Positions 23,933 through 30,884 of a stretch of DNA of 32,000 bases are shown here, piece by piece. A program made the translations under genes and the position numbers. The DNA comes from Candidatus Nanohalobium constans (GTDB lineage: Archaea; Nanohalarchaeota; Nanosalinia; Nanosalinales; Nanosalinaceae): assembly GCF_009617975.1 (NCBI RefSeq), contig NZ_CP040089.1:941464-973463 (forward strand), in the 5' to 3' direction. Under the pieces are notes generated by a model that searched no databases, was not told the origin of the DNA, and worked only from the letters and a program-made list of their open reading frames with translations. The stretch's first letter is position 1. Each line of letters begins with the position of its first letter.

Positions 23933-25258
23933 CTATTCAACTCTCCATTCATACAGTACTTTTGCTTTGCTTTTCAATTCAGTGGCTTTATCCAGATCCA
24001 TTTTTTCGTTTTCTGTTAAGACCTCTGATTTCCAGACGTATTCACCTTCTGTGGTTAGGTCATATTTTATTTCTGAATTAATTAAAGAGAAGCTTTTGCG
24101 GTTGTAGATTTGTTCGCATCCTTCCGGTATTTTTCTTCCAAATTGTTGGACGAACCCTTTTCTGCCGAAGTATTCTGAGTTAAGTATTTCCCGGGATTCT
24201 ACCTCGCTGTCTTGAATGAGGCCGTGAATTATGTCTATCATTTCTGTGTGGCTGTAGAGACCTCTTTCATCAATCTCCAAGTCTAGTTCTCTACCTTTGC
24301 TGAAGATGATGCAAGGTACTTCTACGAGTTCTTTGTAGGTGCCGAGGTGGTGGCCTATTAGCTTGGTTCCTTGCTTTTCGTATTCTCCTATCAGTTCTCC
24401 ATGATCACCAAGAACAATGAAGACTGTATTCTCTGGAGCTTCTCTGTAGAAGTTTCTTATTTTTCTGTCGGCATATCTTATCGAGGCCTTGTATGCTTTC
24501 TGTCGTATATCGAGCTTGGTGTCCGAGAATCCTTCCGGCAGGTAATCTTCGAGGACCTTAGTCTGTGAGGCGTCTAGTACCTCTTCTTCAGAATAATCGG
24601 ATAGATATGACTCCCTGTCTTCTTCGTCAAATGTGTAAGGCGAGTGTACCGGCATGATGTTGGCGAATACGAATTCATCTTTCTCGGATTTGAGTTTCTT
24701 GTTCGCTTCTTCTAGAGTTCTTACTGTTTTCCCCGAGTTGTGGTCTGCTTCTCTTGAGGTGAACTTATCGGTTATGTGTCGGAAGAAACTTTTAGCTGAA
24801 TCAATATCTCGTTTCTTTATAGTCTTCTTGAAGAAGTAGCTGTATTTTTCTTTTCTGCCGGAGAATTCGTCGTCTTTCTGCCAGATCTCTTTCCAAGTAT
24901 CTCCTCCGAGGTCTTCAGTTGTCTGTACAAACTGCTGGAATCCCTCGCTGAACCCTGTTTCCTCTGTTATCAAATGGTTCTCTGTGAAGGCAGAGGTACT
25001 AAATCCTTTTGACACAAGCATCGATGTCAACATGTTCTCTTCGCTGAAATAGGTGTTTTCTGTCGTTGTTCCATGTTCTGAGGATAGCTTCCCTGAGAAA
25101 AGTGATGCGTGCGCTGGCACAGTCCAGGGAGAGTTAGCGTAGTAGTTTTCCAAATGAAGACCTTCTTCCGATTTCTCAGATAGGAATGGAGCTATCGAAT
25201 TATCTTTTACAAAATCTTTCTTTCTCCAGGTATCGACAACTAAGAGAACTATATTCAT
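23933..25258 (-). CDS. Sulfatase-fold alkaline-phosphatase-superfamily protein with Thr nucleophile motif (phosphodiesterase/phosphotransferase-like, not a formylglycine sulfatase)
   Basis: NIVLLVVDTWR, NSPWTVPAHASLFSGKLSSEHG (TxPxH...G....EHG as in NPP-type enzymes, with no C/S-x-P-x-R motif) and FIVLGDHGELIGE; 441 aa with no TM segment. Confidence 0.7.
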   Translation of the reverse strand: MNIVLLVVDTWRKKDFVKDNSIAPFLSEKSEEGLHLENYYANSPWTVPAHASLFSGKLSSEHGTTTENTYFSEENMLTSMLVSKGFSTSAFTENHLITEETGFSEGFQQFVQTTEDLGGDTWKEIWQKDDEFSGRKEKYSYFFKKTIKKRDIDSAKSFFRHITDKFTSREADHNSGKTVRTLEEANKKLKSEKDEFVFANIMPVHSPYTFDEEDRESYLSDYSEEEVLDASQTKVLEDYLPEGFSDTKLDIRQKAYKASIRYADRKIRNFYREAPENTVFIVLGDHGELIGEYEKQGTKLIGHHLGTYKELVEVPCIIFSKGRELDLEIDERGLYSHTEMIDIIHGLIQDSEVESREILNSEYFGRKGFVQQFGRKIPEGCEQIYNRKSFSLINSEIKYDLTTEGEYVWKSEVLTENEKMDLDKATELKSKAKVLYEWRVE

Positions 25259-26175
25259 TTGAAAACCCTTTTGACCTTCACAGCTATATTTATGAGATCT
25301 TTACCTGTCAGTCTCCTGAAAAGATATAGAACAAATAAAGCATAAGCCTCTAGCTCTAGAGAGTTATTTCTGATAGTTTTAGACAAGTGTTTTTCAGTTC
25401 CTCTGTTATCTCTCAGAGTGTACTGTTTCTTGGCTCTGTTAAGGTGGTGCCGGGCCTTTACTTTTGATCCGGCTTTTTCTAGTAGATCTGAGTGTTTTTC
25501 TGTTATCTTTTCTCGTCCTTCTGTTGCTACGTCCACCTGGCTGCTTTTGGAGTCGTCGCTTTGATGATAACGAACTAGAGGTTCATTGATATAGCCGAAC
25601 TCTGCTTCGTTTTCTATCAGTCTTATCCATAGGTCCCAGTCTTCTCCACTTGGAATATCTTCATCAAAACCGTTTATTTCTTCTAGAACCTCTTTCTTAA
25701 CTGAAACTTTGGAGGGCGAACCTATTTTGTCTCTTTCAAGTATCTGTTCAAGACCTAGCTTTTCTTCCTTCCTTACGATATCTTGAACCTCTCCGTCTCT
25801 GTACGCCTCTATAGCTGAGTATACTGCATCGTAATTGTTTTGCTTGAAATCTTCTGCTTCTTTCTCTAGCTTTTCTGGTTTCCATTCATCATCGTCATCT
25901 AGGAAAGCAATATATTTTCCAGAAGCATTTTGTATGCCGAGGTTTCTGGCAGATGAAACACCTTGCGCATTGTCGTTAATGTGTCTTTCCAGGTCAATAT
26001 CCTTGTCAAGACTTTCAACTATCTCTTTAACCTTCTCTTTATCTTCTTGTTCAGGATTGTCATCTACCACTATCAGCTCAAAGTCGGTGTAGGTCTGTGA
26101 TATAATACTTTCAAGAGCTCTCTCCAGCTTTTCATCTCTCTTATAGGTTGGAACTATTACGGAGAACTTAATCAT
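25255..26175 (-). CDS. Glycosyltransferase family 2 (GT-A)
   Basis: FSVIVPTYKRDEKLERALESIISQTYTDFELIVVDDNP and FLDDDDEW (DxD). ATG 26175 is preferred over GTG 26184. Confidence 0.9.
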   Translation of the reverse strand: MIKFSVIVPTYKRDEKLERALESIISQTYTDFELIVVDDNPEQEDKEKVKEIVESLDKDIDLERHINDNAQGVSSARNLGIQNASGKYIAFLDDDDEWKPEKLEKEAEDFKQNNYDAVYSAIEAYRDGEVQDIVRKEEKLGLEQILERDKIGSPSKVSVKKEVLEEINGFDEDIPSGEDWDLWIRLIENEAEFGYINEPLVRYHQSDDSKSSQVDVATEGREKITEKHSDLLEKAGSKVKARHHLNRAKKQYTLRDNRGTEKHLSKTIRNNSLELEAYALFVLYLFRRLTGKDLINIAVKVKRVFK

Positions 26176-27013
26176 CAACCGCACCTTTCACTTCTAACCA
26201 AGGCACTTCAACAAGTTCTTTTTCTTTTCTTCCTATGCTGTGGCCCCATCCTCCTTCTCCTAGTAGTTCTCCGTGGTCTGATGTGACTATTATTTTGCCT
26301 TCTAGTTGTTCTACTAGTTTTTCTACTTGTTCTAAGGCTAGCCTGAGGTCTTCTGTGTAGTATTGTTTGACTTGTTCTTCGCCTTGTTCTCTGGCTAGTT
26401 TTTCGTAGTTGTTTCCTAGCCCCAGTATTTCCTTAACTTTGGTCTGGAATCTGTAAGGTGTTAATTCGAATAAAGGGTTCCAGATCGGCCTTGTTGTATC
26501 CAGTATTTTCCTCAGTGTTGATTCTTCTTCGTCTTCTAGTTTGTTTTTTGGCGCCCAGTCGAAGTCTGTTTCTCCTAGTGAGATGAACGGTCTGTGTGGC
26601 TGTATGAAGTGTATTATCGTCTTTGAACCATCTAGGTTTTCTTCAGCTGTCTTCCTGAAGTCTTCTGGTCTTACTGTGTTTATTTCTTCGTCCCAGTCGT
26701 GTATCCAGGAGTCGACTATGTTCGTGAATTTGTCGGCTGCACTCCAGTCCCGGTCTTGACCGCTGACAAGATCTCCCAGTGACAGACCTTGGCCGTTGAT
26801 GTATGGGTTGGCGGAGATGTAGTTGTAGTTATATCTTCTGCCGTCGAAAGTGTTCCACAGCCATTCTGGTGTTGCGGAGCCTCTACTCTTGACTTTCTTC
26901 AGGTCGCCCTCTAGAAAGCCCTCATAGTTGTCTCTGAAGTAGTCGTATCTACATGCGTCTAGGATGATGAGGTAGTCCCAGTCTGTTCCGTGGATGTCTT
27001 GTTTCTGCGTCAT
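26168..27013 (-). CDS. Alkaline-phosphatase-superfamily protein (sulfatase/NPP-like), soluble
   Basis: From MTQKQDIHGTDWDYLIILDACRYDYF: SATPEWLWNTFDG (T-x5-N-x3-G) and IIVTSDHGELLGEGGWGHS. ATG 27013 forms ATGA with the PIN stop. The track start at 27136 is an extension across the PIN gene. Confidence 0.6.
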   Translation of the reverse strand: MTQKQDIHGTDWDYLIILDACRYDYFRDNYEGFLEGDLKKVKSRGSATPEWLWNTFDGRRYNYNYISANPYINGQGLSLGDLVSGQDRDWSAADKFTNIVDSWIHDWDEEINTVRPEDFRKTAEENLDGSKTIIHFIQPHRPFISLGETDFDWAPKNKLEDEEESTLRKILDTTRPIWNPLFELTPYRFQTKVKEILGLGNNYEKLAREQGEEQVKQYYTEDLRLALEQVEKLVEQLEGKIIVTSDHGELLGEGGWGHSIGRKEKELVEVPWLEVKGAVDD

Positions 27014-27420
27014 TCTTGTCCTCTCAATTCTAAGAATTTTTGTGGCTTTACTATTGTTATATTTTCGTATTCTTTTAGTTCTAGTAGGTCCGAGTCTCCG
27101 GAAATTATGTAGTCTGCATTGGCGGATACTGCGCATTCGAGAAATTTGTTGTCTTCAGGATCTTGTGATTTATCTATAGACTCTTCTGAACTGATGAATA
27201 GGAATTCAGATACCAGTATTTCCAGGAACTTTTGCTGCTCTTTTTCCGAAAAGTCAAACTTGTCGTATTCCAGGACTTCTGATACCTCATCAATCATTGA
27301 CTGTGTGGCAAAAGCATCTATTTCTTCTCCGAGAGCTAGTTCTAGGCATTCTTCTGGTTTGGCGTCCCAACCAATAGCTGAAATCAAGACATTTGTGTCT
27401 AAAACTACTTTCTCGCCCAT
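27010..27420 (-). CDS. PIN-domain toxin (PIN_3/TIGR00305-like)
   Basis: VVLDTNVLISAI...DPEDNKFLECAVSANADYIISGDSDLLEL is the characteristic family pattern; 136 aa. Confidence 0.85.
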   Translation of the reverse strand: MGEKVVLDTNVLISAIGWDAKPEECLELALGEEIDAFATQSMIDEVSEVLEYDKFDFSEKEQQKFLEILVSEFLFISSEESIDKSQDPEDNKFLECAVSANADYIISGDSDLLELKEYENITIVKPQKFLELRGQE

Positions 27421-27659
27421 TCTATCGCGTCCTCAATCTCTTCTTTCTCTAAACCTTCTTCCTGGAATCTTTCCTGGACTTTGTTGCTCAGTTTCTCATA
27501 CTCCTCTTTAACATCAAAGCTGATTTTCTTGAACATCACACCATCTTCAACCTGGACTGCTATGAAGCGATCAGAAGGGCTGAAATCAGCCTTGTCACGG
27601 ATATCCTTAGGTACAACGAGCTGACCCTTGGGCGACATCTTCACTATATCCTCACTCAT
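27405..27659 (-). CDS. AbrB/MazE/SpoVT-type antitoxin
   Basis: MSPKGQLVVPKDIRDKADF is a swapped-hairpin motif; 84 aa. It overlaps the PIN start by 16 nt. Its promoter region has a palindromic operator. Confidence 0.8.
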   Translation of the reverse strand: MSEDIVKMSPKGQLVVPKDIRDKADFSPSDRFIAVQVEDGVMFKKISFDVKEEYEKLSNKVQERFQEEGLEKEEIEDAIEWARK

Positions 27660-27676
27660 AGTTTAACAGTTAAACT
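27660..27676. promoter_or_regulatory. 17-bp palindrome AGTTTAAC-A-GTTAAACT: putative AbrB antitoxin operator
   Basis: It directly abuts the antitoxin start codon (27657-27659) and lies between that codon and the TTTAAA box at 27685-27690. Confidence 0.5.
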
Positions 27677-27684
27677 GTAAAACA

Positions 27685-27690
27685 TTTAAA
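27685..27690 (-). promoter_or_regulatory. Putative TATA box (TTTAAA) of the AbrB-PIN-glycan operon
   Basis: The centre is 28.5 nt upstream of ATG 27659. It lies in the only sizeable non-coding gap (27660-27805) upstream of seven tightly packed genes. Confidence 0.45.
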
Positions 27691-27760
27691 TCTTAGGCTA
27701 ATTTCACAGCAGTTATAACCCGATATAAGAATCATGCCAAGCAGGTTTTAACCCTACTAA

Positions 27761-27773
27761 AGTTTAAACTGTT
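27761..27773. promoter_or_regulatory. AGTTTAAACTGTT box (self-palindromic AGTTTAAACT core), function unknown
   Basis: It is 12/13 identical to the flippase-promoter box at 17408-17420 and shares TTAAACTGT with the operator at 27660-27676. Confidence 0.3.
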
Positions 27774-27805
27774 CCTACTCTAACCCTGCCAAAATTTAGA
27801 AAGTA

Positions 27806-28624
27806 TTATTTCTCAAATTTCTCAATCAAATCCTTGAAAGATTTATCAGCCACAACCTTAACATTCTCATACTTTTCTGACAGCCATTCTGCGAAGTTTT
27901 CCTGGTGTCCTCCTGCATGATCCGATGGTCTTACCAAGACTTTTTCTGCAAGGTTTGCTGCTTCGTAAGAAGCCATTCCTCCACGAGTTACAACTGTCTC
28001 AGTCCTACCCATAAGGTCAAGGAACTCTTCATGTGATATGTCCTTCCAGTATTTTTCCTGTAGTTCCGGGTCGTTGCTGGAGGGTATGACAAGCAGTTCA
28101 TTGTCTTTTTCATCGGATTCATGTTCTGAAAAGTCCCTGTACTGTATTATCTGCTTGTTCTCAACTTTGTCAGTGTGATACTTGTCAAGTAGTTCGTCTT
28201 GTGAAACCCAGACTCTGACAGATGAGAATCTGCTGAGGATTTTTGGTGTCAGGCTAGGCTGTTTTGTCCTGTTTTCTGCTTCTACTGCTATAACTTCTAT
28301 CCTTTTTAGAGCAGCTATTAAACCGATCGGAAAAGAGGTGTTGGCTCCGTAAACTGCTACTTTCTCTGGTTTCTCTTTCTTAAGTATTTTCCAGCTTCGA
28401 TAGAAGTTCTTCAAAGCCCTTATAGGCCTGTAGAACTTTCCGCCTGTAGGTCTCCAGCTAGGTGCTCTGTAAACTTTTTGTGCAAAATCGTAGTCATATT
28501 CATCGTCTCGATCTGTAACCACGATATACTCTGGATCTTCTATTTCTTCCTCTATCCTAGCTTTGACTGCTGGCGTTGCTGTTGCGTGCCCACTGTGCCT
28601 AGAACCTAGAATGATTTTTGTCAT
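27806..28624 (-). CDS. Fused Alg14-like / Alg13-like (Glyco_tran_28_C) glycosyltransferase
   Basis: The N-terminal half (IILGSRHSGHATAT, KPEKVAVYGANTSFPIGLIAALKRIEVIAVEAENRTKQPSLTPKIL) follows the Alg14 pattern (GSGGHT...kPd.vi.nGp....P....a.......yvES.aRv...SltGK). The C-terminal half (TVVTRGGMASYEAANLAEKVLVRPSDHAGGHQENFAEWL) follows the Alg13/MurG C-terminal pattern (shaGagsi.Eal..gkP.ivvP......HQ..nA). 272 aa with no TM segment. Confidence 0.6.
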   Translation of the reverse strand: MTKIILGSRHSGHATATPAVKARIEEEIEDPEYIVVTDRDDEYDYDFAQKVYRAPSWRPTGGKFYRPIRALKNFYRSWKILKKEKPEKVAVYGANTSFPIGLIAALKRIEVIAVEAENRTKQPSLTPKILSRFSSVRVWVSQDELLDKYHTDKVENKQIIQYRDFSEHESDEKDNELLVIPSSNDPELQEKYWKDISHEEFLDLMGRTETVVTRGGMASYEAANLAEKVLVRPSDHAGGHQENFAEWLSEKYENVKVVADKSFKDLIEKFEK

Positions 28625-29355
28625 GGTTTCAGCTTCTTCAAGTAGTTCTTAGCGACATTTACTATTGAGCTGCCGGCTGCTTGTTCTATGTGATATATAT
28701 TTGCGTCCGGGATTTTCTCGTTGTTCCATTCGAATACATGTTCTTTCTTAGTCATGGGCTGAGTGTGATGTCCTGAAACAGCTAGTGCTAAAGCGTACTG
28801 TTCGTGATGGTTGACCTTGCCCTGGCTTTCAAGATCAGAGTTCACATATCTGACCCATTTATCCTGTATTTCCTGATGGAGACCGTTCTTGAATATCAAG
28901 AACCCTGCGTTCGGCATCCAGTCCATGTATTCCTCACCGTGTTCCTCGAACAGGTCTTCCCAGTTCTCCAGATCGGCTGAACCGGGTCGGGCCTTGAACT
29001 CGAAGTCTCCTTCTATTACTTCCCATATATCGTTGCCTATTACTGTATCGCAGTCCAGAAATACGACATTCTCCGACTCTAGAGAACAAAGGTTGATTTT
29101 CTCACCGTAGTGGCTTTCTGGTAAACTTCTGGAGACATTGAATGCTTCCGTCTGGTTCTCTTTTTTGATTATTTCTGCCCCAGTATCCTTCAAAGCTTCT
29201 TCGTCTTCTTTGTCGTATGGTGGAGTGTAGAATATCTTGATTTTCTCCGGTTCTACATGTTGTTTGAGTGTGGCTATGCTTCTGAGGCATTGTTGAACCA
29301 TGTTTTTCCTGCTGGATAGTGTGTATACGAAGACGGTGTTTTGTTTAATTTCCAT
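28621..29355 (-). CDS. GT-A nucleotide-diphospho-sugar transferase, GT8-like (paralogous in type to 23100-23927)
   Basis: ENVVFLDCDTVIGNDIWEV (DxD) and WMPNAGFLIFKNG; 244 aa. ATGA overlap with the downstream Alg14/13-like gene. Confidence 0.55.
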   Translation of the reverse strand: MEIKQNTVFVYTLSSRKNMVQQCLRSIATLKQHVEPEKIKIFYTPPYDKEDEEALKDTGAEIIKKENQTEAFNVSRSLPESHYGEKINLCSLESENVVFLDCDTVIGNDIWEVIEGDFEFKARPGSADLENWEDLFEEHGEEYMDWMPNAGFLIFKNGLHQEIQDKWVRYVNSDLESQGKVNHHEQYALALAVSGHHTQPMTKKEHVFEWNNEKIPDANIYHIEQAAGSSIVNVAKNYLKKLKP

Positions 29356-29367
29356 TGTAATATCTGT

Positions 29368-29748
29368 TTATGAGCTTGTTATCTCTTTCATTTCTTGAAT
29401 GAATTTTTCGGCATTGTCTCTCATATCGAGTTTATCGTATTCTATTTTTGCATCAGGATCGTAGTCTATTTCCTCCCTTGCTGTTTTTATTCTGGAAAAG
29501 AACTTGGCATCTTCACTTTCTATTAGATTTTCATCCTTGTAGAGAACTTTGCCTACTAGGCTGTCAACACCTTCGTGAGTCTTAGGTTCGAAACCTTTGC
29601 TTAGTAAGACAGATTTAGCTGCATAGAAGATAGAATAGTAAAGCGAGTTCCAGTACATCCTATCTGATATTCCTTTAACTCTTTTGAGGTCATTTAGTGA
29701 CTCTTCAGCTAAATCCATAAATTTCTCAGATTCAGACATATAGTTCAC
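29368..29748 (-). CDS. HEPN-domain protein (toxin partner of MNT)
   Basis: 126 aa, all-helical, with YYSIFYAAKSVLLSKGFEPKTHEG and a C-terminal R-x-x-x-D-Y region typical of HEPN. It overlaps the upstream nucleotidyltransferase gene by 17 nt. Confidence 0.75.
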   Translation of the reverse strand: MNYMSESEKFMDLAEESLNDLKRVKGISDRMYWNSLYYSIFYAAKSVLLSKGFEPKTHEGVDSLVGKVLYKDENLIESEDAKFFSRIKTAREEIDYDPDAKIEYDKLDMRDNAEKFIQEMKEITSS

Positions 29749-30055
29749 CGGTCGATCTGACCTCTCGTCCGTATACCGTGTTCTTCATTTCTTCGTATTC
29801 TTTTTCAGTCTTTACTATAGGTGAGAAAGATATGCCGTACTGAATACCTATTTCAAAAGCTATGTCTCGGAGTTTTTCCTTTTGATCAGTGACCTCAACC
29901 ACTGCGAGAATATCTACATCTGACTGCTCTGTCTGTTGATCACAGGCCACGCTACCATACAGGAACAGTTTATCCAGTGAATCGCCTAGTTCTTTCTGTG
30001 CTTGTTCTGCGAATTGTTCAAATGCTTTTCTGTGAGGTAGTTCCGACATAATCAA
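29732..30055 (-). CDS. Minimal nucleotidyltransferase (MNT) antitoxin partner of HEPN
   Basis: LFLYGSVACDQQTEQSDVDILAVV is the GS-x(n)-DxD pol-beta nucleotidyltransferase motif; 107 aa. Confidence 0.85.
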   Translation of the reverse strand: MIMSELPHRKAFEQFAEQAQKELGDSLDKLFLYGSVACDQQTEQSDVDILAVVEVTDQKEKLRDIAFEIGIQYGISFSPIVKTEKEYEEMKNTVYGREVRSTGELYV

Positions 30056-30132
30056 TATTGCTGAACAGAATATTATATGGATTTTTACATATGGATGACA
30101 GGAATGAGAATCTCAGTTTTCTCTTGGCATGG

Positions 30133-30429
30133 TTAAAATCTGTCAGATATTTCTTCCTCAGGATAACCAGGTTCTCTGTAGAATATGCTGTAAATCCTTA
30201 TGTTGCCATTTTCTATATCATATATGGCTATGTGGTCGTTTTTGCCCATTCTTTCTTCTTTTATTTCTAACCTGTATATGTCTCTTCCTTTAATCTGGAT
30301 TAGTTTGGCGTCAGCATGGTTTGTTGGATCGTCTTTGAGTTCCTCAATCTTTTCTTTAATAACCTTTAGTTGTTCTTTCTCTAACTCTTTAAGCTCTTTT
30401 TCTGCTCCTTCAACGAAGTCAATGTTCAT
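30133..30429 (-). CDS. RelE/ParE-family toxin
   Basis: 98 aa. The pattern IDFVEGAEKELKELEKEQLKVIKEKIEELKDDP...IYRLEIKE...HIAIYDIENGNIRIYSIFYRE matches the ParE/RelE fold pattern. ATGA overlap with the upstream RHH gene. Confidence 0.7.
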   Translation of the reverse strand: MNIDFVEGAEKELKELEKEQLKVIKEKIEELKDDPTNHADAKLIQIKGRDIYRLEIKEERMGKNDHIAIYDIENGNIRIYSIFYREPGYPEEEISDRF

Positions 30430-30674
30430 TCCTTGATCCCTAGATTTTCCCAGACTTCATCTGCTGGAGTAGTCTCAAGCTCTCCCTTCTTTTCTTTCTC
30501 CCAGACTTCCAAAATCCTTTCAACTTCTTTAGGGTATAGTTTTGTCTCTCGTTTCAGTTTCTCTCTTATAGCCTCTCGCACCCACTCAGAGGGAGAAGGA
30601 TAGTTCTCTTTCTCAGCTGTTTCTTCTATCTGTTTTTTCTGGTCATCCGGTACTCTAACATTTATCGAACCCAT
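30426..30674 (-). CDS. Ribbon-helix-helix (CopG) antitoxin
   Basis: GSINVRVPDDQKKQIEETAEKENYPSPSEWVREAIREKL is a classic RHH; 82 aa. Confidence 0.8.
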   Translation of the reverse strand: MGSINVRVPDDQKKQIEETAEKENYPSPSEWVREAIREKLKRETKLYPKEVERILEVWEKEKKGELETTPADEVWENLGIKE

Positions 30675-30884
30675 TCAAAACCACATGTAACACAGATACT
30701 TCACAAATGTTTTACATCTTATGTTTCTTTGTAGTCTTCGTGACTTGTTCCTTTATACTCTACTCCCTCATTTTTATCTCTGATAATTTCTTCTACTTCT
30801 CCATCGAACTGAGAAAGGTCTTCCTTATCTCTATCGAGGTAATCGAACTAGAAAACCAATAAGACTTCTCATTAGTTGAACTAT

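Noticed and set aside
16188-25258. A glycan-sulfation module (PAPS-reductase-family gene plus 'sulfatase')
   Set aside because: The sulfatase-fold protein has Thr/His in place of the Cys/Ser-x-P-x-Arg formylglycine motif. There is no sulfotransferase, APS kinase or CysN in the window, and the two genes are 7 kb apart in different operons. This is kept only as a minor alternative for the CysD-like enzyme.
27014-27136. 41-codon extension of the AP-superfamily ORF across the PIN gene 3' end
   Set aside because: It is an Arg/Lys-rich out-of-frame read of the PIN gene. ATG 27013 gives an ATGA coupling and a normal AP-superfamily N-terminus.
27716-27786. TAACCC motifs as telomere-like repeats
   Set aside because: There are only three dispersed hexamers in an internal intergenic region and no tandem array. 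They are treated as a possible protein-binding phasing pattern only.
30707-30862. Start-less 42-codon minus-strand frame (30722-30847: FDYLDRDKEDLSQFDGEVEEIIRDKNEGVEYKGTSHEDYKET*) and its 51-aa plus-strand antisense ORF
   Set aside because: The minus-strand frame is bounded by TAG upstream and contains no ATG, GTG or TTG, so at best it is a gene remnant. The plus-strand ORF is a Phe/Ile-rich shadow. I recognise no family for either, so neither is called as a feature.
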